Of a DNA stretch of 64,000 bases, positions 1 through 10,203 are shown one piece after another. The DNA is taken from positions 1,888,001 to 1,952,000 of the forward strand of contig CP182352.1 of NCBI GenBank assembly GCA_048571215.1, written 5' to 3'. The position numbers were made by a program, and so were the translations under genes. The DNA comes from Halarcobacter sp. GTDB taxonomy: Bacteria > Campylobacterota > Campylobacteria > Campylobacterales > Arcobacteraceae. The first letter of the stretch is position 1, and every line of letters begins with the position of its first letter. The notes beneath the pieces were generated by a model. The model saw nothing but the letters and a program-made list of their open reading frames with translations. It did not search any database and was not told where the DNA came from.

Positions 1-867
1 TGGATCTACATAAACTTTTTTCCCAATAATACTATCTATGATTTTTATAACATTTTTTGCTTCAACATTTTTTAGTGGATAAACTTCAACAACCCTTTTT
101 ATTAAAGAATCATTAGAATCAATTTTTTTAATATATTTTTTTAAATAATCTGTATTTTTCTCATTTCCAATTAAAACTAAAGAGTTATCCTCTTTATTTG
201 CTATCACATCAACCTTTTCAGTTTCTATTTTTACATCAAAAATAGATTTAACTATTGCGTCTAGATTTTTTTTAGCATCTATTGCAGTTATATTTTTAAG
301 GGGAATTGTTATCATAGATTTTTTTGCACCTATTGTCATAATTCCAACTATTTTTTTTACTGTTTTTATATTATCTTGAAAGTCAGTCAAAACCAAAGTA
401 TTTGCTTCTTTATTTGTAACTAACTTTGCATCCTTTGAGATAAGATGTCTTATTTTTGAAGCTATATAATCTACATTTGCATTACTTACTTTAAAAACCT
501 CTGTTACCATTTGATTGTAGTTTTGTTTTAGTTTTGAAGTTACTACAGGTACATTGTTTTTTGCACTCACATTTAGTTTTACTATTCTTAGAATTTTTCC
601 ATTATTTATAAGTGTATAACCTTTGTCCTCTAGAACATAAATAAGTATTTTTACTAATTCATCTTTGTTTACAGGCTTATTTGATATAAAATCAACATTT
701 CCTTTTATATCATCGGTCAATAAAATATTTTTATCAATAATCTTAGAGGTGATTTTAACCAAATCCATAATCTTTAAATCTTTAAAATTTATATTTATTT
801 TTTCTTCTTGTGCAAAAGAGCCTATTGATAAAAAAACTACTAATAATATAACACTAATCAATCTCAT
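1..867 (-). CDS. gspD: Type II secretion secretin GspD, N-terminal part (runs off window start)
   Basis: Not in the ORF track. Hand translation from ATG 867 gives MRLISVILLVVFLSIGSFAQEEKININFKDLKIMDLVKITSKIIDKNILLTDDIKGNVDFIS..., a signal peptide plus secretin N0-domain pattern; it lies directly after gspC. Confidence 0.88.
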   Translation of the reverse strand, partial: MRLISVILLVVFLSIGSFAQEEKININFKDLKIMDLVKITSKIIDKNILLTDDIKGNVDFISNKPVNKDELVKILIYVLEDKGYTLINNGKILRIVKLNVSAKNNVPVVTSKLKQNYNQMVTEVFKVSNANVDYIASKIRHLISKDAKLVTNKEANTLVLTDFQDNIKTVKKIVGIMTIGAKKSMITIPLKNITAIDAKKNLDAIVKSIFDVKIETEKVDVIANKEDNSLVLIGNEKNTDYLKKYIKKIDSNDSLIKRVVEVYPLKNVEAKNVIKIIDSIIGKKVYVDP

Positions 868-1669
868 AATTTAACTCCACGATTTCATTATTTCTCAAAA
901 CTTCAATACTTAGATAATCAATATTATTTATCTGATTATAAACTTTAAATGCATCTGCATAAGAGTTCATTTTTGTTCCATTTATTGATTTGATAACATC
1001 ACCTTTTACTAATCCTAATTTTCCAAATACAGAGTTTAGATTTACTCTATCCACTTTAAAACCTTCTATTTTATTACCAACTCTAACATCTGTTATTGCA
1101 ATATTATTCCAAACCTTATCAATATCATTTACATAAGAGTTTAAATAATCCCTTTTTACTTTTATTTTTCCATTTGAGAAACTAATTTTTTCTTTTGTAT
1201 TATTTGATAAATTATTTGTAAGCTCATATTTAACATCTTCATCCGTAGGCAGTTCAAGTTTAAACTCTTTTAGATTTTTTTCAAAAACAATATAAGTTTT
1301 AAATAGCTTTGTTAGAGTATAAGCATTAAACTTTTCATATTGAGCTAAGATTATACTCTTATGTGAAGATTTATCTTCTATTATTGCCCAGCCACCATTT
1401 GTACTAGTTGAGTACACAGCTTTTAATTGATACTTAGAAAGAGTTGCAACTGTTTTAATCTCTTTTGGTTTAGCAACATCACTATTATTTGATAAAGAAT
1501 AAAAACCACTATATTTTTTATAATTTATTGAGACATTATCCTCATCAACAAATTCAACACCACTTTTTGGTAAAAAAATAAAAAGAACTGTATTTAGAAT
1601 ATACGCAAAAAGTATTATATAGATATATATAATCAGTTTTTTATATATAGTATTAGAAACGCTGTTCAT
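854..1669 (-). CDS. gspC: T2SS GspC-like protein with C-terminal PDZ domain
   Basis: N-terminal TM helix and PDZ-like tail GFKVDRV..SVFGKLGLVKGDVIKSING. Start placed at MNSVS (ORF-track start is 1684). Confidence 0.75.
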   Translation of the reverse strand: MNSVSNTIYKKLIIYIYIILFAYILNTVLFIFLPKSGVEFVDEDNVSINYKKYSGFYSLSNNSDVAKPKEIKTVATLSKYQLKAVYSTSTNGGWAIIEDKSSHKSIILAQYEKFNAYTLTKLFKTYIVFEKNLKEFKLELPTDEDVKYELTNNLSNNTKEKISFSNGKIKVKRDYLNSYVNDIDKVWNNIAITDVRVGNKIEGFKVDRVNLNSVFGKLGLVKGDVIKSINGTKMNSYADAFKVYNQINNIDYLSIEVLRNNEIVELNYEID

Positions 1670-2180
1670 AATAATACTTCCCATCTTTTAATTTAAACTG
1701 CGATAATAGATTTCTATATTTTGACTTCATTATTGAAGAGGGTTCCAAAATAGCAACAAGTTTTCTATTCAATATATCAACATTTCCATTTAAACTTCCA
1801 AAATCTCCTGAGGCTTTTATATATGCTGTTTTAAAATCTATTATTGAGTGTTTTATAGTTATATTTGATATTTTTTGAGGTAAAAAGTTTTGAAACTCTT
1901 TTGCTACTAAAATATTTTTAAACTCTATTTTTGAATAAAATAAAAGTGTAAAAATATCTATATTTTCAATATATGCGCTTTTTATTTTCTCAAAGTAAAT
2001 AGTAGAATCTTTTACCTGTAATGATATATACTTATCTTTTTTAATCTCATTTGAGATTATAATTGAGTTTTTTTCTAAATTCTTTTCTAGTAGATTAAAC
2101 AACTCAACTTTTGGTAAGAAAACTAAAAAAGCTAAAAGAAAAACTAAAATATATGAGATTGATTTTAATAAAAACTTCAT
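1653..2180 (-). CDS. T2SS accessory protein, GspN-like
   Basis: Single N-terminal TM (FLVFLPK) and position between the M-like and C genes. Confidence 0.5.
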   Translation of the reverse strand: MKFLLKSISYILVFLLAFLVFLPKVELFNLLEKNLEKNSIIISNEIKKDKYISLQVKDSTIYFEKIKSAYIENIDIFTLLFYSKIEFKNILVAKEFQNFLPQKISNITIKHSIIDFKTAYIKASGDFGSLNGNVDILNRKLVAILEPSSIMKSKYRNLLSQFKLKDGKYYYEQRF

Positions 2181-2575
2181 TATCTAAATCCTATTTCTAA
2201 ATATATAGAAGTTTTTTCTAATTCTATTTTTTTTATTATAAATTTATCATTTAACACCCTATTTAAAAACTGTTCTAAAATATTTTGTTTATTTGATTCA
2301 ATTTTTACTTTTATTAGGTTTGAATTTTCACTTTTAAGTATTTTTTCATTTCTAAAACTTGAGCTTTTTAATAATCTATCTAATCTAGTTTTAACTCTAT
2401 TTTTATCAAACCAAGTTGTTTTGTATTCGTTAAAGTTTTTTGCACTTGAATTGATTTGATAATAATCGCTACTCATATTTTCAAAATCACTTTTTTTATT
2501 TATTACTAGTATTATTGAAAGGATAAATATAGTTGCAATAAAAGCTAAAATATATATTGGATTTAGTTTACTCAT
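2180..2575 (-). CDS. T2SS GspM-like bitopic protein
   Basis: 131 aa, N-terminal TM, follows the L-like gene. Confidence 0.5.
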   Translation of the reverse strand: MSKLNPIYILAFIATIFILSIILVINKKSDFENMSSDYYQINSSAKNFNEYKTTWFDKNRVKTRLDRLLKSSSFRNEKILKSENSNLIKVKIESNKQNILEQFLNRVLNDKFIIKKIELEKTSIYLEIGFR

Positions 2576-3495
2576 AATTTAATACTCACTTTTAAAACCA
2601 AAGAGTTTAAACTTGTTGAAATGTCTTTAAATTTTGCTTTTAAGTATGACTCAACTTGTTTTTTATCTGCACCTATATATTCCAAAGAGATATTTTCTTT
2701 ATCTAAAGAAAAAGATTTTAGATTGAACTTTTTGTAAGCTAAAATATAATCGATGGCTTCCCTTTTTTCATCTTCCGATTCTACTACTGTTTTATATCTA
2801 TTTAATATAGATTTTGTTTGAATAGAACTTGCAGGGAGTTTATTTATCTTTTTTGTTTTTTCTATATTTTGCTCTAAGGTATTTTCTTCACTATTATAAG
2901 CAAAATATTTAACCCCATTTAAGATAATCAAGATACCCAAAATGGTAAATATAGAATAATAAAATTTAGTATCTATATAATCATTATAAAGTTTTATTTG
3001 AACCTTATGGTTACTAAGTTTGATATTGTTTAAAACCCTATTTAAATCTACAGTTTCACTTAAAAGTTGATTTGGAACCTTTATTAGTATCTCATCACTT
3101 GTATACATAAACTTTTGATTATCAACCTCAAAGGCATTGAACTCTTTACATTCGTTTTGTGCAAAATAGAGTGAAGAAACATTTGATATGGGTATCATTG
3201 CTTTTTTTATTGCTTCATATACTACTTTATTATTAAAAGCAAAGCATAAATATTGATTATCTTTTAGCTTTTTAACTTGATAAGTTAATGTTGTAGTATC
3301 ATTTACTATATCTTCAAAAAGTGTAGGTAAGACATGTCTTGCTTGAGCTTCTGTTTTAACAGGTATTTCAAACTTTCTAATCCAATAAAACTCTGGGGAG
3401 ATTATGATATCAACTTTTGTGTCTAAAGTTTGCACTAGCTTACTATTTGTTGTCAAAAATATCTTTTTTGTTTCTTTACTTGAAACTAACATCAA
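2572..3495 (-). CDS. T2SS GspL-like protein
   Basis: Cytoplasmic domain (ISPEFYWIRKFEIPVK..ARHVLPTLFED), central TM, periplasmic tail; operon position. Confidence 0.6.
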   Translation of the reverse strand: MMLVSSKETKKIFLTTNSKLVQTLDTKVDIIISPEFYWIRKFEIPVKTEAQARHVLPTLFEDIVNDTTTLTYQVKKLKDNQYLCFAFNNKVVYEAIKKAMIPISNVSSLYFAQNECKEFNAFEVDNQKFMYTSDEILIKVPNQLLSETVDLNRVLNNIKLSNHKVQIKLYNDYIDTKFYYSIFTILGILIILNGVKYFAYNSEENTLEQNIEKTKKINKLPASSIQTKSILNRYKTVVESEDEKREAIDYILAYKKFNLKSFSLDKENISLEYIGADKKQVESYLKAKFKDISTSLNSLVLKVSIKL

Positions 3496-4117
3496 AATAT
3501 TGAACCTCGCCTTCTTTTTTTAATATATAATAAGCACTTGCAGTAGCACTATTGTATTTTACTTTGATATCTAACTCATATAAATTATCTGGTTTAAAAA
3601 ATCCTAGATTATCTTTTATCTTTAATATATCTTTTGAGTAACTTCTTAATATAAAAGTATTTATTATATCATCTAGTTGCTTACTGTTTTCAACTTTAGT
3701 GTCACTGTTTTGAAACTTTTCTTTATATATATCTACTAGATAATCATAATTAAAAACATTGTTATTTGAAAAATACTCTCTTAGAATATTTGAATCTTTA
3801 ACAGCTATATCATTTATATCTACCCTATCATATTTTTTTAACTTAAAAGATAAGTCTAACTCTTTTAGTTTCAGTTTCATAAAACTATCTTCAAAAATAT
3901 CATTTTCTAAAACTTCATCTATATCCTTACTGTTTTGCTTTAGAAGTTTTCCCACCTCTTTTTGAAAATCTTCAATGGAGATAATAACTTGTGTATTATC
4001 TTGAATATAGTTTTGTTTTTGTAAGAATTTATCTGTATCATCTAAATTTTTTACAACCAATAAAGAGATAGCTGTTATAAAAAAAAGTGATATTATAAGA
4101 ACTACACCTTTTTTCAA
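3476..4117 (-). CDS. GspK-like minor pseudopilin
   Basis: MKKG|VVLIISLFFI: prepilin-type N-terminus lacking Glu5, as is typical of GspK. Confidence 0.6.
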   Translation of the reverse strand: MKKGVVLIISLFFITAISLLVVKNLDDTDKFLQKQNYIQDNTQVIISIEDFQKEVGKLLKQNSKDIDEVLENDIFEDSFMKLKLKELDLSFKLKKYDRVDINDIAVKDSNILREYFSNNNVFNYDYLVDIYKEKFQNSDTKVENSKQLDDIINTFILRSYSKDILKIKDNLGFFKPDNLYELDIKVKYNSATASAYYILKKEGEVQYFDVSFK

Positions 4118-4120
4118 ATC

Positions 4121-5335
4121 TTATCCTAAATTCATAGAAAATATAGGTAATAACATAGCAACAACAATAAAACCAATAATTGAACCAACAATCAACATAA
4201 AAATAGGCTCCATTAGCGATAACAATAGGTTTATTTTGTCCCTATTTGATTCATTGTAAAGTTTTGCTAGATTGTTTAATATCTCACTTAATCTACTTGT
4301 ATCTTCCCCAATTGCAATTGAATGAATAAAAGACTCATCTAGTTTATAAATTTTGTTTTGAAGTAATAAACTTGAAAGTTTTTTTCCCTCAACAACACTT
4401 TGTGAAGCATCCATAAAAACTTTTCTTATAACTGTGTTTTTTAAAATATTTGCACTTAAGTTTATAGCTTGAACTATAGGTACTCCCGATTTTATCAATA
4501 TTGAGTTCATATAAGAAAACCTTGATAATTCACTGTGCTCTATTAGTTTAGAGAAAAATGGAATTTTCAATAAAAACTTATCAAAAGCATATTTAAACTT
4601 AACACTTTTTTGTAAAGAAAAAACAAAAATAAATATAGCAGAGATTAAACCTGCAATCACAAACTGATAGTTGTTTGAAAAGAAATCTCCCAAGGCTATT
4701 ACTATTTTTGTACTTTGGGGTAACTCTTGGTCAAACTGGGTAAAGATAGAAGTGATTTTAGGAACAATAAAACTCAACATAAATCCAACCATAAAAAATG
4801 AAACAAAAAGTATAAATAGTGGGTATGCCATAGCAGAAGCAACTTGTTTTTTGATTCTATCTTGCTCTTTTAAAAAGATAGATAACTCCATCAATACAGA
4901 TTCTAACAAACCACCATTTTCACTAACCTTTATAGATTGTTTATAGAAACTTGGCAGGGCTAAAACTTTTTGAGACTCCAAAGCATCATAAAACCTTTTT
5001 CCCTCATCTAAGTACCCCTTTACAGTCTCAAAAAAAGTAAAAAGGGTTTTATTGTTTTTGTATCTTTGTTTTAGTAAATTTATAGAACTTATAAGTGTAA
5101 TTCCTGAGTTTAAATATATACTTAAATCTCTACTTATATATGAAAGGGTTGAGAGATCAAGTTTTTTTCTTCTTTTGAAACTTACTTTTCCAAAATCGAT
5201 AGAATCTTCTTTTAAACTAGTGTATAAAATCCCTTTGGCTTTTAATTTAAGCTTTGCATCTTCTACACTACTTGCTTCGATTTTTGATTTTATTTTTAGA
5301 CCACTTTTATCTAAACCACTATACTTATAAAGCAT
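4121..5335 (-). CDS. gspF: T2SS inner-membrane platform protein GspF
   Basis: GspF/PilC motifs LNSGITL, SENGGLL, AMAYP, LLSLMEP; 404 aa. Confidence 0.92.
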   Translation of the reverse strand: MLYKYSGLDKSGLKIKSKIEASSVEDAKLKLKAKGILYTSLKEDSIDFGKVSFKRRKKLDLSTLSYISRDLSIYLNSGITLISSINLLKQRYKNNKTLFTFFETVKGYLDEGKRFYDALESQKVLALPSFYKQSIKVSENGGLLESVLMELSIFLKEQDRIKKQVASAMAYPLFILFVSFFMVGFMLSFIVPKITSIFTQFDQELPQSTKIVIALGDFFSNNYQFVIAGLISAIFIFVFSLQKSVKFKYAFDKFLLKIPFFSKLIEHSELSRFSYMNSILIKSGVPIVQAINLSANILKNTVIRKVFMDASQSVVEGKKLSSLLLQNKIYKLDESFIHSIAIGEDTSRLSEILNNLAKLYNESNRDKINLLLSLMEPIFMLIVGSIIGFIVVAMLLPIFSMNLG

Positions 5336-5870
5336 CTTTTACCTCTATTTCCATTTTATCAAACTCATCTAAAATCTCATCAGTAGATTTATAAACCTCT
5401 ATATTATTTGAGATTGACTTTATTAGATATACTTTTTCATCTAATGTATCTAAAACAATATTTTTATGTTTTTTATCTTTATTTATTGTTAATTCAAAAA
5501 ATGGATTATAAGAGATATCATCTATTTTTACTTCTAAAAACTCCATAGGATTTAAGTCTCTACCATACTTATAAACCTTAGGAATTTCATAGAATAAATT
5601 TTGTATTTTTACACTATATTTTTCATTATTATCTATAAAAACATAACAAGGCAAATTCTCTTCTTCAACACATATAAAAGAGATTTGATCCTCATATTTA
5701 AACTTTTGTTCTAAAAACTCTTTTAGATTTTCTAATTTTACTTTATACTCTTTTTCTTTTTTAGGTTGAAAGGAAGAGATAGCTATAAAAGCTATAATAC
5801 CAACTAAGATTAAAACAACCATCATCTCTACTAGAGTAAAAGCGTTTTTCACTCCAATAGATTTTTTCAT
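5325..5870 (-). CDS. Minor pseudopilin (GspH-like)
   Basis: Prepilin motif NA|FTLVEMMVVL. Confidence 0.75.
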   Translation of the reverse strand: MKKSIGVKNAFTLVEMMVVLILVGIIAFIAISSFQPKKEKEYKVKLENLKEFLEQKFKYEDQISFICVEEENLPCYVFIDNNEKYSVKIQNLFYEIPKVYKYGRDLNPMEFLEVKIDDISYNPFFELTINKDKKHKNIVLDTLDEKVYLIKSISNNIEVYKSTDEILDEFDKMEIEVKDAL

Positions 5871-6245
5871 CTATTTATTACACTTTGAATAATAAATATC
5901 ATCCTCTGTACTCTCTTTTTTATCTGCCCCAAAAGAGATAAGTTCAAATGAATCTTCGTTTTGAACATATATAAAATCATTGCCCCATGAATCTTTTGGT
6001 AATTTTCCATCATCAAAATATTTTTTCTCAACTAAAATATTTAAGCCCTCTTCTGTAGTAGGATAGCTTGAATTATCTAATTTATAAAGTTTTAAAGCCT
6101 GACTTACACTTTTCATTTGAACACAAACAATCTTTGCTTTTGCCTCTTCACTCTTACCTGTCAAATTTGGTAAAACAAATGCAGCTAATAAACCTAAAAT
6201 AATAATTACAACCATCAATTCCATCAATGAAAACGCTTTTTTCAA
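5871..6245 (-). CDS. gspG: Major pseudopilin GspG
   Basis: KKA|FSLMELMVVIIILGLLA; ALKLYKLDN..YPT..EGL; PKDSWGNDF; SFGAD. Confidence 0.93.
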   Translation of the reverse strand: MKKAFSLMELMVVIIILGLLAAFVLPNLTGKSEEAKAKIVCVQMKSVSQALKLYKLDNSSYPTTEEGLNILVEKKYFDDGKLPKDSWGNDFIYVQNEDSFELISFGADKKESTEDDIYYSKCNK

Positions 6246-6315
6246 TTCAAATCCTTATAAAAAATAAAAAATATTATATCTAATTTTGATTATATAAAAG
6301 TTACAAAATAGGAAA

Positions 6316-6576
6316 TCACTCTGTATTTTCACTATCTGCTGAATTTTTAAATTTTTCTATTCTTTCTAAAAACTCATCTGACATCTCTTTTGATTTCAAT
6401 AAAAATTCCCTTGAAAAAGAGCATTTTTTTGTATCTGTTTCACTCTCTTTTTGGCACTGTAAAACCTTTTGATTTTCACTGCCATTTTTTTTTAAATTTG
6501 GCAAAATAAATGAAACAATCAAAATCAAAAAAATAATTAAAACCAACCACTCTCTAGTTGAATATGCTTTTTTCAA
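6316..6576 (-). CDS. Small divergent pseudopilin-like protein
   Basis: N-terminus aligns with GspG (KKAYSTREW..ILPNL vs KKAFSLMEL..VLPNL); has a Cys pair. Confidence 0.55.
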   Translation of the reverse strand: MKKAYSTREWLVLIIFLILIVSFILPNLKKNGSENQKVLQCQKESETDTKKCSFSREFLLKSKEMSDEFLERIEKFKNSADSENTE

Positions 6577-6627
6577 ACCAAAATCCTTTAGATAAATTTA
6601 TTAGAATTAAAATTAAAACTAATTTTT

Positions 6628-8535
6628 TTATTTCACAAAAAATCCTTCAATAGATTCTATAGAGATAATATTTGGAATACTCTTACTATCTAGTTCATTT
6701 TGAATTATACTATCACTTGATATAGCTTTATACTCTTGATTTACTGAATCATATTTCCAGATAACTTTTACATTTGGGTTATCTGTGAAAAACTGGTTTA
6801 TATCACTTATTGTTTGTGAACCTATCATATTCCATTGGTTCGGTGTGATTGTTATACTATCTGCTAATCCATCACCTAAGATGTTTACTGATGTATCTTG
6901 TGACACTTTTATCCAATACCCATATCCATCTTCTAAACTTGTTAGTGTATTTGAGTTTGAGTTTACATCCCAATCTTTCCATACTCCATTTTGCAAACCT
7001 TTTATTGTTTGAATATAGCTATTATTTAAACTTGAAATATCTATATTTGAGTTTAATTCCAAGGCTACTAGATTCCATCCTGAGATTAGATTTAAAGTAA
7101 ACACTCTTGAATTAGCATCATTTGCCTTTGTTCCATCTTGATACTCTTCCAAGTTTGTTTTCCCATCACTATCTAGGTCGCCATTTGCATCATTTACTAG
7201 TGGATTTAATCCATTTGCTATTTCGTAACTATCTGAGATAGTATCGTTATCATTATCTTGGTAAATTTCATCTGGAATTCCACCATTGTCTGTATCCAAT
7301 CTTGGATCAACAGCATTATCTGTATTTGCAATTTGCAATATTATTGTTTTGCCATTAGCTAGTCTTATTTCTGTATTTTGTCCTACATTCCCCGTAACAT
7401 TTATTTTTAAAGTATTAGCATCCATCCAATCTATTTCTGGTGTATTTGAACTATAGTAATATGAAGCATCAGTTCTAGAATCATTACAATCAATAGGAGG
7501 GATATATACCATGTAGGTGTTTCCACTGATTATATTAAATGTTTGTGAACTTTGATTTACAATATAATATGGGAAATCTAAAGTTTTTGTATAAAAACTC
7601 CACTCTCTTTCTTTTAATATATTATTTTCTTTATATATAACTTTTGCACTATACTTACTACCATAATCTAATCTTTTCATAGGAAATAGTGCAAAATCTT
7701 TATCTGTAAAATGATTATTTATATCACTACTCTCATCCATGATTGTTGTATTTGTAATCTCATTATTATTTTCATCAAAAAGTTGAAAAGATTCTAAAGA
7801 GATCGTTCCTGTAGTTAAAGGATTAAATTGAATACTAATTGGATTTCCAGTAACACTGCAGCTAGGAAGGGGATCGGGAGATTCTTCAAAGAATGCTGGT
7901 TGAAAATCTATTTGATTTGAATATGGCCAAGTTACAATATCTGGATTTAATAAAATATTTTTATTTTTTATTTGATCATACAAAGAAGCTTCTATTCTAA
8001 ATTTAGTTCTTTCACAAACACCTGTATAATAAGCATTATAACCTAAATAACTAAAATCACCATTGCAAAGAGAATTTATATAAGTATTTCCTAGATTATA
8101 TACATGGGTAAATAAATCTCCATATTCAGTATTTATTGATTGTGCAATCCCTATTTCATTATAAAAAAAATCTAAAAAACCTAGTCTATGGTAAATGGCA
8201 GTAAATAAACCATCAATTGAACTTTCATAATTAGAATATCCCACAGTCATATTTTCAGCTATATATGATTCATAATTAACTGCAAATGCTCTATCCCAAG
8301 GTGTTACACCAGTATATTCTGGATTTGTTGAAGTTTCATAATGACCTTCATATCCATAGGTATAAATATTTGTAGATACATAATTCGCATGATTTTGTGC
8401 AGATTGATTTAAAGTTGTATTTTGAGTATATTGTGTCATACCAACTTTTAAACGCTTATCATTCAAATACTCCAATGGTGTTTGTGCAAATAGTATATTT
8501 ACAAAAAAAATACCTATTAAAAACTTTTTTATCAT
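6628..8535 (-). CDS. Secreted CAP/SCP-domain protein with Asp-rich Ca-binding repeats and C-terminal tandem 'GWNL' domain
   Basis: Signal peptide; CAP motifs LNQSAQNHANY, GHYE, AEN, AIYHRLGFLD, EIGIA; DxDxDG repeats; LNLISGWNLVAL...GYWIKV. Confidence 0.8.
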   Translation of the reverse strand: MIKKFLIGIFFVNILFAQTPLEYLNDKRLKVGMTQYTQNTTLNQSAQNHANYVSTNIYTYGYEGHYETSTNPEYTGVTPWDRAFAVNYESYIAENMTVGYSNYESSIDGLFTAIYHRLGFLDFFYNEIGIAQSINTEYGDLFTHVYNLGNTYINSLCNGDFSYLGYNAYYTGVCERTKFRIEASLYDQIKNKNILLNPDIVTWPYSNQIDFQPAFFEESPDPLPSCSVTGNPISIQFNPLTTGTISLESFQLFDENNNEITNTTIMDESSDINNHFTDKDFALFPMKRLDYGSKYSAKVIYKENNILKEREWSFYTKTLDFPYYIVNQSSQTFNIISGNTYMVYIPPIDCNDSRTDASYYYSSNTPEIDWMDANTLKINVTGNVGQNTEIRLANGKTIILQIANTDNAVDPRLDTDNGGIPDEIYQDNDNDTISDSYEIANGLNPLVNDANGDLDSDGKTNLEEYQDGTKANDANSRVFTLNLISGWNLVALELNSNIDISSLNNSYIQTIKGLQNGVWKDWDVNSNSNTLTSLEDGYGYWIKVSQDTSVNILGDGLADSITITPNQWNMIGSQTISDINQFFTDNPNVKVIWKYDSVNQEYKAISSDSIIQNELDSKSIPNIISIESIEGFFVK

Positions 8536-9150
8536 TTTACAAAAATCCCTTCATTTGGTTTTATACTTAAAATACTTGGTATACCTTTTGTATCCAAATC
8601 ATTTTGGATATCTGTATCACTTGATATAGCTTGATATTGCCCGTTTGTATATTTCCAGATAACTTTTACATTTGGATTATCTGTGAAAAACTGGTTTATA
8701 TCACTTATTGTTTGTGAACCTATCATATTCCATTGGTTTGGTGTGATTGTTATAGTATCTGCTAAACCATCACCTAAGATATTTACAGGTGTAGCTTGTG
8801 ATACTTTTATCCAATAGGCATATCCATCTTCTAGGCTTGTAAGAGTATTTGTAGTTGAAGTTTTGCTCCAATTTTTCCATACACCATTTTGTAAACTTCT
8901 TATTGTTTGGATATTACTATTATTTAAGCTAGATATATCTACATTTGAGTTTAATTCTAAAGATACTAGATTCCATCCTGTTTTTAGGTTTAGGGTAAAC
9001 ACTCTTGAGTTAGCATCATTTGGTTTTGTTCCATCTTGATACTCTTGAATATTTGTTTTTCCATCATTATCCAGATCATCTTGACTATCATCTACTTGTG
9101 GGTTTAAGCCATTTGTATTTTCATATTCATCACTCATACCATCATTATCT
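6628..9150. repeat. Two highly similar ~0.6-kb copies (about 6628-7250 and 8535-9150) encoding the shared C-terminal module
   Basis: Long identical DNA runs, e.g. ATCTGTGAAAAACTGGTTTATATCACTTATTGTTTGTGAACCTATCATATTCCATTGGTT near 6781 and near 8679. Confidence 0.9.
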
Positions 9151-10028
9151 GTATCTACTTTGTTTATTGTTATAGTAACTGTATCTGTAGATGTTGCTCC
9201 ATCATTATCTTCTACTGTTAAAACTATTATATGTGTTCCAATTGTAAAATCTGTTTTGCTAAAGCTTTGTGCCGTAGATAAAACCGTTGTTCCTTCTTTC
9301 CATTCATATGAAACTATTGTCCCATCACTATCACTTGAACTTGATGCATCTAATGTAACAGTAACACTCTCATCTATACTTTGATCAAGCCCTGCATCTG
9401 CAATTGGAGAATAATTATAAAGTAAATCATCATATATTTGCTCTTGGACATTCGTAGGTATATCGGTATCTGTTTCAACTGCAATTGTATTAAACACTGA
9501 ATCAAAATTTGATAAATAACTATTATATTCACTACTAGTTAATTCACTAACAGTATCATTAATAAATCTAATATAACCTGTATCATCATAACCTTGAACA
9601 TTAAAAGTTGCTAAAGCAAATATTTTAGACTTAATTGTTTTATTATATAAATCTAAATACATATATTTTTTTAATATAGTAAAAGTTACTATTACTCGAA
9701 CTCCTTCATAATATATATCCATTGCTCTCCAATTAGTTTTTGTAGCAATACCTTCATAACCTTGCCCTGTCCAATTCATAGGATAAGTTAATTCTATACT
9801 CATAGTTGTATTCAACTCACTATCATAAAAAGATTCAGTATTAACTACATTTAAAATACCATTACCACCATTTGATACTATTAAAGTTATATTTGAACCA
9901 TCTGAAATATAATTGTAAGTTTTTGGTGTTGGTAATAAAATATCTAATTTAGGTTCGTCAAGGCTTGAAGCATAAAAACAATCCATAAATAAATAAAAAA
10001 TTAAAATAAATCTAAATACTTTTTTCAT
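8532..10028 (-). CDS. Secreted PKD-domain protein with Asp-rich repeats and the same C-terminal 'GWNL' domain
   Basis: PKD pattern PIADAGLDQ..VTLDASSSSDSDGTIVSYEW..LTVEDNDG; C-terminus near-identical to that of 6628..8535. Confidence 0.8.
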   Translation of the reverse strand: MKKVFRFILIFYLFMDCFYASSLDEPKLDILLPTPKTYNYISDGSNITLIVSNGGNGILNVVNTESFYDSELNTTMSIELTYPMNWTGQGYEGIATKTNWRAMDIYYEGVRVIVTFTILKKYMYLDLYNKTIKSKIFALATFNVQGYDDTGYIRFINDTVSELTSSEYNSYLSNFDSVFNTIAVETDTDIPTNVQEQIYDDLLYNYSPIADAGLDQSIDESVTVTLDASSSSDSDGTIVSYEWKEGTTVLSTAQSFSKTDFTIGTHIIVLTVEDNDGATSTDTVTITINKVDTDNDGMSDEYENTNGLNPQVDDSQDDLDNDGKTNIQEYQDGTKPNDANSRVFTLNLKTGWNLVSLELNSNVDISSLNNSNIQTIRSLQNGVWKNWSKTSTTNTLTSLEDGYAYWIKVSQATPVNILGDGLADTITITPNQWNMIGSQTISDINQFFTDNPNVKVIWKYTNGQYQAISSDTDIQNDLDTKGIPSILSIKPNEGIFVK

Positions 10029-10108
10029 TTAAACTCCTAGTATTTCTTTTTAAATAAACCTCATATCAATAAACATAATTTATTTACTGATATAAAACTT
10101 ATTTATAA

Positions 10109-10131
10109 AAGATAGTAAAAAATACTATCTT
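10109..10131 (-). terminator. Possible intrinsic terminator hairpin
   Basis: AAGATAGTA-aaaaa-TACTATCTT downstream of 10204..11130. Confidence 0.4.
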
Positions 10132-10203
10132 CTACAAATTTAAATATACCTTTATCCATAATATTATTATTTTTATAGATAATTTTTTTTGCCACGATTA
10201 CAA

